DNA of 64,000 nucleotides from Pseudomonadota bacterium (GCA_039799905.1 JBDLRP010000013.1:32001-96000); one strand, 5' to 3'. Shown: positions 12,102 to 22,662, counted from the stretch's first letter. The notes: generated by a model not told the origin, from the letters alone. Made by a program: numbers and translations.

Positions 12102-12415
12102 TCTTATCTCTCCTGCTCGGATTGTGACTGCGCGACTGAAATGCACACTTAAAACGCATCAGACCGACGGTCAACTGCGGCTCTGCCTGCTGCGCAAGGT
12201 CCGATCCGCGGGCGGGAAATTGTACTTCTGCAATGTCAGGACCTTGACAGCGCTTTTGGGGGGCTCCCAAGGGCCACCGGTTCGGGCTAAACTTCAAAAA
12301 GAACTGGCCGACACCTTATGGGTTTAGCTTGCTGCCAACCCGTCCGGCTGGTAAGCCATTGGGTCTGAGGAATCCTTGACGAATCGGGTATTCCCGGATC
12401 CGGCAGCGCAGGAGA

Positions 12416-13384
12416 ATGGATTTGAACCAGAGAACCGTGGCCCGCACAATCCGCCACAACGGCATCGGACTTCACTCCGGCCGGAACGTTCACCTCGAAA
12501 TTCATCCAGCCGCCGCCAACAGCGGTATCCGTTTCATCCGTACCGACTTGAAGCCCGCAATTGAGATCCCCGCGCATCCTTCATCTGTTTTCGACACGGC
12601 GCTTGCCACCCGGCTGGGAACTCCGTCGGCATATGTTTCGACGGTTGAGCACCTAATGGCGGCACTCTTTGGCCTTGGTATCGACAACGCCCGCATCTGT
12701 GTCGACTCCTCGGAAATGCCCATTGTGGATGGCTCAGCGGCTCCATGGCTGATCCTTCTCGACGAAGCCGGCGTGGAAGATTTGGGAGTTCCGCGCTCAG
12801 TGCGTGTCATCAAAAAGCCAGTCGAAGTCACCGACCCGCGCGATCCGAGCCGGTTCATCCGCATTGAACCGAGCAAAGAGCCACGCATCACCTATTCGAT
12901 TGATTTCAAAAACAACGACGTTATCGGCTCGCAGAGCCTGACCATGTCACTGACCGGCCGCAGTTTTTGTGAAGCTCTTTCGCATGCGCGAACCTTTTGC
13001 ACAGCGGAAGAAGTTGAGTTCATGCGTTCACGCGGGCTGGCCCTCGGCGGCAGTCTGCACAATGCAATTGTGGTCAGCCGCACCGCAGGCTTGCTCAATG
13101 CCGGCGGCCTGCGGACCCCTGATGAGTTCGTCAGACACAAAATTCTCGATTGCATCGGTGACATGGCGCTGCTTGGCACTCCCGTGTCAGGACACATCAT
13201 CGCCCATAGAGCGGGCCACGACCTTCATACAGCCTTGGCGAAAATGCTCGTAGACAACAAAGACGCCGTTGAGATCAGGACCTTTGCAGCAACCAAAAAC
13301 CGCTCACGCTCGCGTCTGTTTGACTTCCCCAGCTCTCTTGCCGAGCTTCCCGAATTCGCCGGCCTCAGCCTTGTGACCGGCTGA
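12416..13384 (+). CDS. lpxC: UDP-3-O-acyl-N-acetylglucosamine deacetylase
   Basis: GIGLHSG, TVEHLMAAL, HKILDCIGD, AGH motifs. Confidence 0.96.
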   Translation: MDLNQRTVARTIRHNGIGLHSGRNVHLEIHPAAANSGIRFIRTDLKPAIEIPAHPSSVFDTALATRLGTPSAYVSTVEHLMAALFGLGIDNARICVDSSEMPIVDGSAAPWLILLDEAGVEDLGVPRSVRVIKKPVEVTDPRDPSRFIRIEPSKEPRITYSIDFKNNDVIGSQSLTMSLTGRSFCEALSHARTFCTAEEVEFMRSRGLALGGSLHNAIVVSRTAGLLNAGGLRTPDEFVRHKILDCIGDMALLGTPVSGHIIAHRAGHDLHTALAKMLVDNKDAVEIRTFAATKNRSRSRLFDFPSSLAELPEFAGLSLVTG

Positions 13385-13418
13385 TTGACACTTTCCTCAC
13401 ATCCTACGAATAAATCAG

Positions 13419-13447
13419 CTTGACACAGCCTGCCTGTGGCTTAGCTT
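13419..13447 (+). promoter_or_regulatory. Putative dnaJ promoter (TTGACA-N16-TAGCTT)
   Basis: TTGACA 13420-13425 and TAGCTT 13442-13447; matches the groES upstream motif. Confidence 0.55.
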
Positions 13448-13508
13448 TCACTGAGCCGTAGGGCTTGCCCCAGCGGCAGCAGGCCGCACCTAGCTGAGGA
13501 CCAATCGA

Positions 13509-14645
13509 ATGGCACAACAAAAGCGCGACTATTATGATGTTCTGGGCGTCGCAAAAACCGCTGCGGCGGACGACATCAAGCGCGCCTATCGTAAACTCGC
13601 TTTGCAATTTCATCCGGACAAAAATCCGGGCGACAAAGCCGCTGAAGAAAAATTCAAGGAAGCAGCCGAGGCCTACGAAATACTAAGCGACGGTGACAAA
13701 CGCCGCCGCTACGACCAATTCGGTCATGCCGGCGTGCAAGGACCCGGTGGTGCCGGCGGATTCAACAACGTCGATGACATCTTCGAACACTTTGGCTCGA
13801 TCTTTGAAGACATCTTTGGTTTCGGCGGGATGGCAGGCGGTGGTCGCAGACGCGGCGGAGGCAACCGTGCGCGACGCGGTGCCGACCTGCGATACGATTT
13901 GCAGATCAGCTTCAAGGAAGCGGTTCTTGGCAGCGAGAAAAAAATCGAAATTCCACGCCGCATTCAATGCACCACATGCGAAGGCAGCGGTGCTGCGCCA
14001 GGCACCAAGCCGGTCACCTGCAACACCTGCCGCGGGCAGGGACAGGTCCATGTGCAACAAGGGTTCTTCACTTACGCAAGCACATGCCCAGACTGCGCGG
14101 GAGCAGGCAAAAAAATCGCCACTCCCTGCGGCGACTGCCGAGGCTCTGGTTTCATGACCAAAACGAGCACCATTTCTGTGAAAATTCCTTCAGGAATCGA
14201 TTCAGGAATGCGTCTGCGCGTTGCAGGCGAGGGTGAATCCGGCAGCAATGGCGGCCCCTCGGGCGACCTCTATGTGTTTATCGATGTTGCCGAAGACGAA
14301 AAATTCAAACGCGAGGAATTCGATCTCGTTTATCCTCTGAAGCTCGGCATTGCTCAAGCCATCCTTGGAACTGAAATTTCCGTGGACTGCTACGAGGACG
14401 AGCCGCGCAAAATTGATATTCCCGCCGGAGTTCAACCGAATCAAAGGTTGGTCATTCAAGGCGCCGGAATTCCCAAACTGGAAAAATATGGCCGTGGCAA
14501 AGGCGATTTGATCATTGAAATATCAGTCGAAATTCCAACCAAACTATCCAAGGACGCGGAAGAACATTTGCGCGCATTTGCCGAAAAACAGGGTGAATTC
14601 GTAAAAAGTCACGGGAGTGGCTTTTTTGACAGGATTTTTGGATAA
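13509..14645 (+). CDS. dnaJ: Chaperone DnaJ
   Basis: J-domain HPD, G/F region, four CxxCxGxG repeats. Confidence 0.98.
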   Translation: MAQQKRDYYDVLGVAKTAAADDIKRAYRKLALQFHPDKNPGDKAAEEKFKEAAEAYEILSDGDKRRRYDQFGHAGVQGPGGAGGFNNVDDIFEHFGSIFEDIFGFGGMAGGGRRRGGGNRARRGADLRYDLQISFKEAVLGSEKKIEIPRRIQCTTCEGSGAAPGTKPVTCNTCRGQGQVHVQQGFFTYASTCPDCAGAGKKIATPCGDCRGSGFMTKTSTISVKIPSGIDSGMRLRVAGEGESGSNGGPSGDLYVFIDVAEDEKFKREEFDLVYPLKLGIAQAILGTEISVDCYEDEPRKIDIPAGVQPNQRLVIQGAGIPKLEKYGRGKGDLIIEISVEIPTKLSKDAEEHLRAFAEKQGEFVKSHGSGFFDRIFG

Positions 14646-14746
14646 TTCCCATCCTGCTCCAGAGTAGAAAGCCAGAGTTCAGACTCTGGCTTTTGCATGA
14701 GCGACGCACAAGCAGTTCTCAATCGAAAAACAAGGACACCTGCGCC

Positions 14747-16216
14747 ATGACGCTTCAACTGCACAACACCCTCAGTGGAAAAAAAGAACCATTCCGCCCT
14801 GCGGCAAACCAAGTGAAGATGTACTGCTGCGGCGTCACACCCTACAGCAACACACACATCGGACACAGCCGAACTTTTTTCTCCTACGATCTGCTCTACA
14901 GGACTCTCGTCGATCAAAACTACGACGTTCAGTGGGCACGCAACATCACCGACGTCGACGACAAGATTATTAAAAAGGCTAATGACGAGGGTGTCTCCTG
15001 CGAAGCAATCGTCAACCGCTACGTTGGCGAGCAGGATGAGATGCTGCATCATTTTAATCTGCACAGGCCTCAGCACGAGCCCAAGGTCACCGAGAACATT
15101 CCGCAGATCATTTCAATGATAGAAAAGCTTATCGAACGCGGATATGCGTACGTTTCTACAAGCGGCGTCTACTACCGTGTGCGCAAGTTTTCTGGCTACG
15201 GAAAACTCAGTAAAAACAATATCGACGACCTGCAAAAAGGTGTCCGCATCGAGGTCGATGAAAGCAAGGAAGACCCGCTCGACTTTGCGCTGTGGAAATT
15301 CGCCAAGCCCAACGAAATCAAATGGAGCAGCCCGTGGGGCGAGGGCAGGCCGGGCTGGCATATCGAATGCTCTGCAATGATACACGCGCTCTTTGGCGAG
15401 AGCATCGATATCCACATGGGTGGCAGGGATCTCATTTTTCCTCATCACGAGGCCGAAATCGCGCAATCCGAGGGTGCCACCGGAAAGCCATTTTCATCGT
15501 TCTGGCTGCATGCAGGCATGGTCACCCTCTATGGTGAAAAGATGTCCAAAAGCACCAACCACTATGTTTCCATCGCCGACTTTCTCGGCAAGTATCCGCA
15601 GGAAGTGCTGCGCCTGACTTTTTTGTCGGTGTCGTATTCACAGCCGCTCGACTTTACAATGGAACTCGCCGACGAGAACTTCAAAAAGCTTGCGAAAATA
15701 TACCGCTTCGTCGAACTTCTCGACCGCTATTCGGCCGAGGACTGGAATGAATCAACACAAAGCACACTCGAAGTGCTCTCTGGTCTTGATAATCTTGTTC
15801 AAAAAATGCGCGATGGACTGGCCGACGATCTCAACAGCACCTCCGCGATGGGAGCCTTCTTTGAAACAGTGCGCTCCATCAACGCTGGTCTCGCCTCTGT
15901 CGAAAAAGCGGGTCGAACACTCAACAAATCGGATCACCAACGATTGAAAAACGTCTGGCCTGTTGTCAAGGCGTGGCTCACCAGTACGCTTGGTTTGGTT
16001 CAACAGACACCCGCAGAATTTTTTGCCAGCCTCGCTCAATACCGACTCGGAGGTCAGCTCAGTCCAGCTGATATCGAACAAAAGCTCACAGACCGCCATT
16101 CAGCGCGCGCTGCAAAAGACTGGGCCGCAGCCGACAAAATCCGAGATGAGCTGCTCGCACAGGGGGTTGTGATTCAGGACACGCCACGAGGAACCCGTTG
16201 GACTCTTCAGATCTGA
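14747..16216 (+). CDS. cysS: Cysteine-tRNA ligase
   Basis: HIGH, NITDVDDKII, DFALWK, PGWHIECS, KMSKS; start at MTLQLH. Confidence 0.97.
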   Translation: MTLQLHNTLSGKKEPFRPAANQVKMYCCGVTPYSNTHIGHSRTFFSYDLLYRTLVDQNYDVQWARNITDVDDKIIKKANDEGVSCEAIVNRYVGEQDEMLHHFNLHRPQHEPKVTENIPQIISMIEKLIERGYAYVSTSGVYYRVRKFSGYGKLSKNNIDDLQKGVRIEVDESKEDPLDFALWKFAKPNEIKWSSPWGEGRPGWHIECSAMIHALFGESIDIHMGGRDLIFPHHEAEIAQSEGATGKPFSSFWLHAGMVTLYGEKMSKSTNHYVSIADFLGKYPQEVLRLTFLSVSYSQPLDFTMELADENFKKLAKIYRFVELLDRYSAEDWNESTQSTLEVLSGLDNLVQKMRDGLADDLNSTSAMGAFFETVRSINAGLASVEKAGRTLNKSDHQRLKNVWPVVKAWLTSTLGLVQQTPAEFFASLAQYRLGGQLSPADIEQKLTDRHSARAAKDWAAADKIRDELLAQGVVIQDTPRGTRWTLQI

Positions 16217-16278
16217 GCATGCCCAAGCAGGGCGTCTTGAAGTTCATCTGATAAAAAGGCAGACTCTCACACTGATGC

Positions 16279-16355
16279 GGGTCGTTAGCTCAGCTGGATA
16301 GAGCAACGGTCTTCGAAACCGTTGGTCAGGGGTTCGAATCCCTTACGGCCCGCCA
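16279..16355 (+). tRNA. tRNA-Arg (anticodon UCG)
   Basis: Acceptor GGGTCGT/ACGGCCC, D arm GCTC/GAGC, anticodon arm ACGGT-CTTCGAA-ACCGT, TTCGAAT loop, encoded CCA. Confidence 0.96.
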
Positions 16356-16375
16356 TATTCCTCACACCGGAAAAT

Positions 16376-17284
16376 TTAAAATCCGGATTCCTGCAGGTGG
16401 GGAAAGCGCGACAAAATAATCCGTTCAATCTCAACCGCAGTCTCTTCGAGAGCTTTGCCGGTCACATCCAAAACAGGCCAGCGCTTGTTGCGCTTGAAGA
16501 TCTCGCGTGACCACTCAAGCTCCTCAAAAACCTTGGCAACATTTGCGTAGTCACCGGTTCCGGAACTGCCGAGTGCCTCGACACGCGCCGTTCGGATTTC
16601 AGTCAGGCGGGCAGGATCGATTACAAGTCCAATGATCTTATTCTGGTCCACACCAAAGATCTCAGCTGGCAATTCAGTGCCAGGAACGAGCGGCACGTTG
16701 GCCACTTTGTAGCCCTTGTGGCCCAGGTACATGCTCAGAGGTGTCTTGGAGGTTCGGGAAATTCCGACAAGAAGGATATCCGCATCGTTGAGGTCGTGAA
16801 GCGCTACGCCGTCGTCATGCCGCACTGTGTATTCAACTGCCCAGACGCGCTTGAAATAATCTTGGTCGAGCTGGCGCAACAATCCAGGAATCGCACTAGG
16901 ACGACGCCCGAGCTGTGTTGAAAGAGTTTCGAGCAAAGGAAACAATACATCAACAATGTGCACGCCCAACTGCATACCGCGGGAAATGAGATAAACACGC
17001 AATTCCGGATCAACAATGGTCGCCACCACCGTCGCATTTTCGCGCAAGGCTCTTTGCAGGAGGTGCTCTAGAACCTCGCGGGTGCGAATTTTATTGAAGC
17101 GCTCGATTTGAATTTCGGCATTCTCGAACTGCACCTTCACGGCCCGCACGATGCTCATAGCCGTCTCACCCGTTCCATCGGAGACGGTGAAAACGGTCGG
17201 GGTCACTTTCTCAGCTTCATTGGCACTTCTTTCCACAAACGACCTCGTCAGATGTGGGAGGGACACACAATCCAAACCATTCAT
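16376..17284 (-). CDS. PEP synthetase / pyruvate,phosphate dikinase regulatory protein (DUF299 kinase-pyrophosphorylase)
   Basis: VSDGTGETA, AVEYTVRHDDG, LVGISRTSKTP, DVTGKALEETA; start set at the ATG behind GGAGG. Confidence 0.92.
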   Translation of the reverse strand: MNGLDCVSLPHLTRSFVERSANEAEKVTPTVFTVSDGTGETAMSIVRAVKVQFENAEIQIERFNKIRTREVLEHLLQRALRENATVVATIVDPELRVYLISRGMQLGVHIVDVLFPLLETLSTQLGRRPSAIPGLLRQLDQDYFKRVWAVEYTVRHDDGVALHDLNDADILLVGISRTSKTPLSMYLGHKGYKVANVPLVPGTELPAEIFGVDQNKIIGLVIDPARLTEIRTARVEALGSSGTGDYANVAKVFEELEWSREIFKRNKRWPVLDVTGKALEETAVEIERIILSRFPHLQESGF

Positions 17285-17306
17285 CGCGCTCACCTCCCAG
17301 AGGAGC

Positions 17307-19514
17307 TCACCCCCCGTTGCTCGGGTGAACCCTGATTAGCTCAATTATTTCATCATATTTAACCGTAGCCGAATAACAATCCCGTACGTTGCACAGAGCA
17401 AGCGCAAGGGACTCATGGGGAGTGTCTAATGCCTTGTCGCCGCCCGCAACAAAAACACCCTCACCAGCATCTCTGGGGGCCGGACGGTTGCTGAGCAGGC
17501 ACCAGACCCCCGCCTTAGCGATGCACTCCCGCCAAAATTGCGGGCCGGTGTGGCACCACTCGGCCAGGCTGGCAGGTTCGGTCCGTTCAAACGTGCAGAC
17601 GTTCTGATTCAAGGCCCAGCGCACTGAGGTTAGTAAAGCGGAACAAGAGACAGGCGAAACATGTGCTCTGCAGGCGATCGAGCAGAGCGCGACCAATTCA
17701 AGGGCCTCAAACATCTTGACGTCGGCCGGGTCCATCGCCTCGAGCGCACCGTTGGCGGCGCATGCGGCAAGAAAAGTGCGACAAGCCGAAAACACGATGC
17801 TCGCTGGTGCAACGGACTCGGCATCCTCAAACTTCAATGGGCGGATCGGCAGACCATCGATCTCGGCGGATGAATACAGCAACCCGCTGTGCGGATCCAC
17901 ACAGCCCGCGTGCAACCATTTGGTAATCTGACGCGCCCGCAGCGCATAAATATGCAGCCCGCTTGTGCTGTAAGCATCCACGTATGCCTGCAACCAATAC
18001 GCGAGATCGGAGGCATGTGCGCGCCCCTCGGCCTTCTTTTCATATGCCACAAGCGCGGGGAAACCCTCGTCGTTGGCAAAGACCCCCCACAATTCATCGA
18101 GAAGAGCGAACGCGCGTTCGACAAACCGCTGCTCTCCGAGCGCCTGCGCGGCGCGCAAAAGAGAAGACACCAGCAACGCATTTTCTCCAAGCAGCTGTTT
18201 GCGGTCAGGCAAGCGCCCAGCATGCGCGGAACGTTCCTCACGCAAAAGACCGAGGCACTCAGCCAGCATTTGCCGACCAGCCTCGGGCGAAAGTCCGCGG
18301 CTTAGGCAAAAAGCGCTCATCGATTCCGGCTGCACGAGCAGATTCGTACCTCTCATTTGGCCTTTGCGAGTGACACCGAAATACGCCGATGCAAAATCCA
18401 GAAGATCCGGACGGGAATCAAACAGACGAACAAGATCTTCATATCGAAGAGAAGAAAAATTTTCATTCGTTCCGTCGAAGTTGGACGTCTGTGAGGTGAA
18501 GTAAAGTCCGCTGTGCGGACTGCGCAGATTGTTTTCAATAAAATTAAAAATCGCAACGCACGAATGCGAAAAATCAGCTGACTTTTCCGGATTGGATGAG
18601 TGTAAAAATGCTGAAGCCTGAGCATAAAGCGCCAGAAACTGCGCATTGATTTCGAGTGGCTTGCACGCAAAACGATTTTCCGTTGCAGCGTCCGCAGAGT
18701 TCAAAACTACTCCGCCCTCAACCGGATCGACGATCCCTGCGCAGCGGATTTTATCGAGTGCCCTCAGCGCAAGTGCGATGTTCTTGCGCTCGCCCGAGAA
18801 CAACATCGCACTGATAAAGTAAGGCTCAATCAAACTAAAATTTCCGGCACTGGTTTGACTCTCACGTTCGAACCACGCTCCCAGATCAACGTCCATTCTC
18901 TTGATGCTGTGAATCAGGAAACGGCAGACGGAATCGCTGGTCAAAGATGTGTCACCCAACAGCCGCTCGGCTGAACGCACACCGTTTTGTTCGGCTGACG
19001 AGCGCAAAGTCCGCAGCAGCGCCTCTGCGCGCCGTGTCACCGACGGCATGTCGTGCTCGATTTCGGCCAATACCGATCGGCAAACGTGCAAAAAAGAAGG
19101 CTTAGCTGCAGTTGTTTCCAACGGAAAATATCCACCCGAAAAAATCGGCAGTAGATCCTCGGTCAGAAAAACCGAAAGTGGAAAAGCTGCTGCAGCGTCG
19201 TTCATGACCTCGACAATCTCGCGACAGACGTCCGCAAGATCGGGTCGTTCGGCGGAGTCTACGTTGATGCAGACAAAGTTCCGGTTGAGGAAATCAACCG
19301 TTTCGTCGTCTTCAAAAACTTCGCCGGCCATCTCTTCGCAAAGCGGAGAATTCGAATGACCTATGCTGAGGAATATGGGTTTTTTTTCCGCCTGAGCTGA
19401 CGCCAGTGCGGCATCACACCAAGGAAACCAGTGCACCGACTGTGCGACGAACTGGCGCAGATAAAGACTCTGGGTTGACTGCAATAAATTCGCTTTTTGC
19501 GCGCCCGTGGACAT
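17307..19514 (-). CDS. YyaL/SSP411-like (DUF255) thioredoxin-domain protein, divergent
   Basis: SLYLRQ..VHWFPW, KPIFLSIG, LNRNFVCINVDSAERPDL, DRKQLLGENAL; CxxC replaced by SPLC. Confidence 0.8.
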   Translation of the reverse strand: MSTGAQKANLLQSTQSLYLRQFVAQSVHWFPWCDAALASAQAEKKPIFLSIGHSNSPLCEEMAGEVFEDDETVDFLNRNFVCINVDSAERPDLADVCREIVEVMNDAAAAFPLSVFLTEDLLPIFSGGYFPLETTAAKPSFLHVCRSVLAEIEHDMPSVTRRAEALLRTLRSSAEQNGVRSAERLLGDTSLTSDSVCRFLIHSIKRMDVDLGAWFERESQTSAGNFSLIEPYFISAMLFSGERKNIALALRALDKIRCAGIVDPVEGGVVLNSADAATENRFACKPLEINAQFLALYAQASAFLHSSNPEKSADFSHSCVAIFNFIENNLRSPHSGLYFTSQTSNFDGTNENFSSLRYEDLVRLFDSRPDLLDFASAYFGVTRKGQMRGTNLLVQPESMSAFCLSRGLSPEAGRQMLAECLGLLREERSAHAGRLPDRKQLLGENALLVSSLLRAAQALGEQRFVERAFALLDELWGVFANDEGFPALVAYEKKAEGRAHASDLAYWLQAYVDAYSTSGLHIYALRARQITKWLHAGCVDPHSGLLYSSAEIDGLPIRPLKFEDAESVAPASIVFSACRTFLAACAANGALEAMDPADVKMFEALELVALCSIACRAHVSPVSCSALLTSVRWALNQNVCTFERTEPASLAEWCHTGPQFWRECIAKAGVWCLLSNRPAPRDAGEGVFVAGGDKALDTPHESLALALCNVRDCYSATVKYDEIIELIRVHPSNGG

Positions 19515-19571
19515 AAAAAAACCCCCAACCCGAACTGACTCGGACAGGGGCCCCTAACACACAAAAACAGT

Positions 19572-20168
19572 TTATGACACGGCTCTTGACGGTGGCGAAG
19601 GCGGAGATGGAACTTCATCCACAGCCGCTCTGCTCTGTGCAGGCGCATCGACCGGCACGCGGGTTTGTGCCTGCTGAATATCCGCGGCAGCCCTGCTCTG
19701 TGGAGGACGTCCGTTGTCGTCGTCGCCGGCATAGACAGCCGTGAGAACTTCTTTGAACGTCTCGACGCTGTCTTTCTTCGAGAAGATCGCGTCCGGCATG
19801 TGTCCGCCGGGAGAGCGAATCTCCGACATCACTTCAAGGTTGCCAATGGCGCTGACAAATATCACGACTGCAGTCGTCTTCAGCTCACGCAGATAGCCGA
19901 GAGTTTCGACTCCGTGCATGACAGGCATAATGACGTCGAGAGATATGACGTCAGGGCGAGTCTTGTCGGCCAGCGCCAGACATTCGAGCCCGTTCCCCGC
20001 TTCACCCACGACCTGCATTCCAATGCTTTCAAACATCTCGCTCAAGCGTCTGCGTTGTGAGGGGCTGTCGTCCACGACAATCACCCTGCGACCAACTAAA
20101 ATATTCTGCCTGTCGACACCCCGACTCGGCTGATTGCGGTCACTCTGTTGTGTCAATCGCACTGCCAT
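19572..20168 (-). CDS. Response regulator receiver protein with disordered C-tail
   Basis: VVDDS, ISLDVIMPVMHG (phospho-Asp), FVSA; no output domain. Confidence 0.88.
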   Translation of the reverse strand: MAVRLTQQSDRNQPSRGVDRQNILVGRRVIVVDDSPSQRRRLSEMFESIGMQVVGEAGNGLECLALADKTRPDVISLDVIMPVMHGVETLGYLRELKTTAVVIFVSAIGNLEVMSEIRSPGGHMPDAIFSKKDSVETFKEVLTAVYAGDDDNGRPPQSRAAADIQQAQTRVPVDAPAQSRAAVDEVPSPPSPPSRAVS

Positions 20169-20231
20169 GGACAGTCTCCTCCGAAATTCAACCGACGATC
20201 GGCCGCAGTTAGGGGAAACTTAAACGAATCT

Positions 20232-21038
20232 TTAAAAAACCTTGAGAATATAGATTGTTAAAAAAACCTCAGAAATGCACACCAAGGCTCCAAGCAGGTC
20301 GCCGTTGAGCGCCTCGGTGCGCTTCACCAGCCCCCATAAGAGCAGACATGACGACGCCAGCATCATGGCAATGCAGAGTAACAATTGACCGAAGTCATCC
20401 ACGGTCAGGCGCAACGGAAAAGTCGTCACGGTTGGAAAAAACGTCTCAACGACAAGACAACCCACCACGCCCGCCATAACGACGCCGAGCAAAATCAACA
20501 AAGCACGGCTGGCAGACACAGTCTGCATGACATGAGACGAACGTGCCGAATGCGATGTTTTCAACCAGGAGGAATAAAGCAACCCGAGACCAAGAGAAGT
20601 TGCGCGCGAAAGCAAACACACCACTGCAAACAGCGCGAGAGAAAGCTGAGCGTGAGAAACAATCAGAATCCGAAAGCCCCACAACAAAACCAGAGCGCTT
20701 ACGCCAAAAGTGCCAAGCCGGGGATCCTTGAACGTCGAATGAATCTTATCCAACGATTCCTGAGAATTAAATTTCGAAACGCCCAAGGAATCTGCAGTGT
20801 CTGCAAGTCCATCTTCATGAAAAAACCCCGTAAGCATGGACAGCCCGACGAACCCAGCAAAAGGAGCCCAATGCTGCATTTGACTCCCAAGAACTGCAAC
20901 ACTCAGAAATGCAAAAACCAAAAAAACGAAGGTCTGAAGAAGGGGACCGATGAACACTCCCAGAGGCCTGTATGCTTGGGCGTTCGCCACCGGCCAGCGA
21001 AAAAAGAAACTCCATCCAGAGAGAAAATAATCAATCAT
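20232..21038 (-). CDS. cobS: Adenosylcobinamide-GDP ribazoletransferase (cobalamin synthase)
   Basis: LTGFFHEDGLADTAD, KDPRLGTFG, LNGDLLGA; multi-pass membrane protein; start at MIDYF. Confidence 0.88.
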   Translation of the reverse strand: MIDYFLSGWSFFFRWPVANAQAYRPLGVFIGPLLQTFVFLVFAFLSVAVLGSQMQHWAPFAGFVGLSMLTGFFHEDGLADTADSLGVSKFNSQESLDKIHSTFKDPRLGTFGVSALVLLWGFRILIVSHAQLSLALFAVVCLLSRATSLGLGLLYSSWLKTSHSARSSHVMQTVSASRALLILLGVVMAGVVGCLVVETFFPTVTTFPLRLTVDDFGQLLLCIAMMLASSCLLLWGLVKRTEALNGDLLGALVCISEVFLTIYILKVF

Positions 21039-21051
21039 GAAAACATGACTC

Positions 21052-22662
21052 TCAAATTTCGGGCTCAAAACGCGGACTGACAACCTCCGCCGAGACACGC
21101 TGCTGCACGAGTTTTGGATCGACCGGCTGTCCCGATTCGTCTTCCCGACCGACAAAAATTCTCCGGATGACGATCTCTTCATCGAGACGATTTACTAATT
21201 TGGAATGCGCCTCGATCGGCTCGAGATAACGCAAGCCATGCACATCCTTAACGACCACTTTAAGAGTATTGCGGGATTTTTTTTCACGCCCCTTGGGCGA
21301 GAAGCGGGTCAAGCTCGTGCTGCTCTCGATCATCTCGCTCGAAAATCCCTGCGCGCGCAAAAAACTGATAGTCGCGGGACACAGCGAGGGCGCGGCCTTC
21401 AATTGGTCGGACGGTATGCTCTCTTCATAAACGCGTTTCCACAACTTCCGCCCGTAGAGAAGATCATCAAGCAAGACGATCCCACGATTGTTGGAAGCCT
21501 GACTTTGCGACTGCGCAAAAGCAAAAAAGGACGAATCATCAAGGCGCAGAAAATCTTCGAGATGCAAAGGCAGAGAGAATCGGTTGAGATGCTTGTGGGC
21601 GGCCTCAAGCATGGCCTCGCAGGCGGTCGCCGTTTTATGAAAATAAACTTGCTGATACATACTCCAGCGTGCTCGCAAATAATCTTCAAATGCGGCGACA
21701 CCGCTGCGTCTGATGGCAAGATGAAAATGCGAGGTTGCAGGGTCTTTGTAAAAACACGCCGAATCAAGAATCCGACCAGCATCAAACAACCCATACACAA
21801 CACCGCATTCACGCGAGTCGCGCAGCAGATAATCCATCCGATCGACGTCGATCTCGCCGCTGACAACTTCGTGCAGCAAAGTCTGCAGACCACTCTGAAC
21901 TAGAACTCCACCCGCACAAGCGCTCACATCGAGATCCAAAACCGCACAGACGTCTTGACCCAAGCAGGCAGGCAGAAGTTCATCCTGCCCGGAAAAAATC
22001 CGAGCGACGATCATGAGAGTATAAATCTCATGCCGGACCCTGGTGTCCATAGCATGAAGACTCTTGGCCTTTTGCCGCTCAATTTTGGCACTGAGCGCCT
22101 GAAACAAGTAGTCGGGAAGCGACAATGAGCCGAGGCTTTGCTCTAGCTCACGCCATGTCGGCATGAAGCGCTCAAGGCTGTGACTGAATGGTGCGTGTCC
22201 AACGTCATGCAGCAAAGCCGCGAGTCGCAACACCTGCGCCACTTCCGATCGCTTCAACCAGCCGAGCGCATCCAGTGTTGCCGAGAGACTGCCGTGATGG
22301 AGTTCGGTCATGACGTGAGATTTCTGCACTGTCAGGGGAAGCTGGCTCAATGACTGAGTCAGTGCGTCGAGAATACGCTGTTGATTTGCAATGAGTGAAT
22401 TCAAAAGCACGCCGGCCATATGCATGACACCAAGAGCGTGTACAAAACGGGTGTGCGTTGCACCTGGAAAAACATATTTGATGAATGCGGTTTGCTGTAT
22501 ACGACGCATCCGTTGAAATTCGCGGGTATCGATAACTTGTTTTTCGATGGCCGTGAAAGAAATTGTATCGTGCAACGGATCGCGGACTTTCCCGATGAAC
22601 GTCAGCGGATCGAAAGTTGTAGTCATTGCAATCATAAGATCAGCCCCCCGCACATTTGTCAT
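21052..22662 (-). CDS. HD-domain phosphohydrolase (SAMHD1-like/COG1078)
   Basis: DPLH, QRMRRIQQ, ATHTRFVHALG, LLHDVGHAPFSH, DVDRMDYLLRD; start could be 22635 or 22626. Confidence 0.9.
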   Translation of the reverse strand: MTNVRGADLMIAMTTTFDPLTFIGKVRDPLHDTISFTAIEKQVIDTREFQRMRRIQQTAFIKYVFPGATHTRFVHALGVMHMAGVLLNSLIANQQRILDALTQSLSQLPLTVQKSHVMTELHHGSLSATLDALGWLKRSEVAQVLRLAALLHDVGHAPFSHSLERFMPTWRELEQSLGSLSLPDYLFQALSAKIERQKAKSLHAMDTRVRHEIYTLMIVARIFSGQDELLPACLGQDVCAVLDLDVSACAGGVLVQSGLQTLLHEVVSGEIDVDRMDYLLRDSRECGVVYGLFDAGRILDSACFYKDPATSHFHLAIRRSGVAAFEDYLRARWSMYQQVYFHKTATACEAMLEAAHKHLNRFSLPLHLEDFLRLDDSSFFAFAQSQSQASNNRGIVLLDDLLYGRKLWKRVYEESIPSDQLKAAPSLCPATISFLRAQGFSSEMIESSTSLTRFSPKGREKKSRNTLKVVVKDVHGLRYLEPIEAHSKLVNRLDEEIVIRRIFVGREDESGQPVDPKLVQQRVSAEVVSPRFEPEI

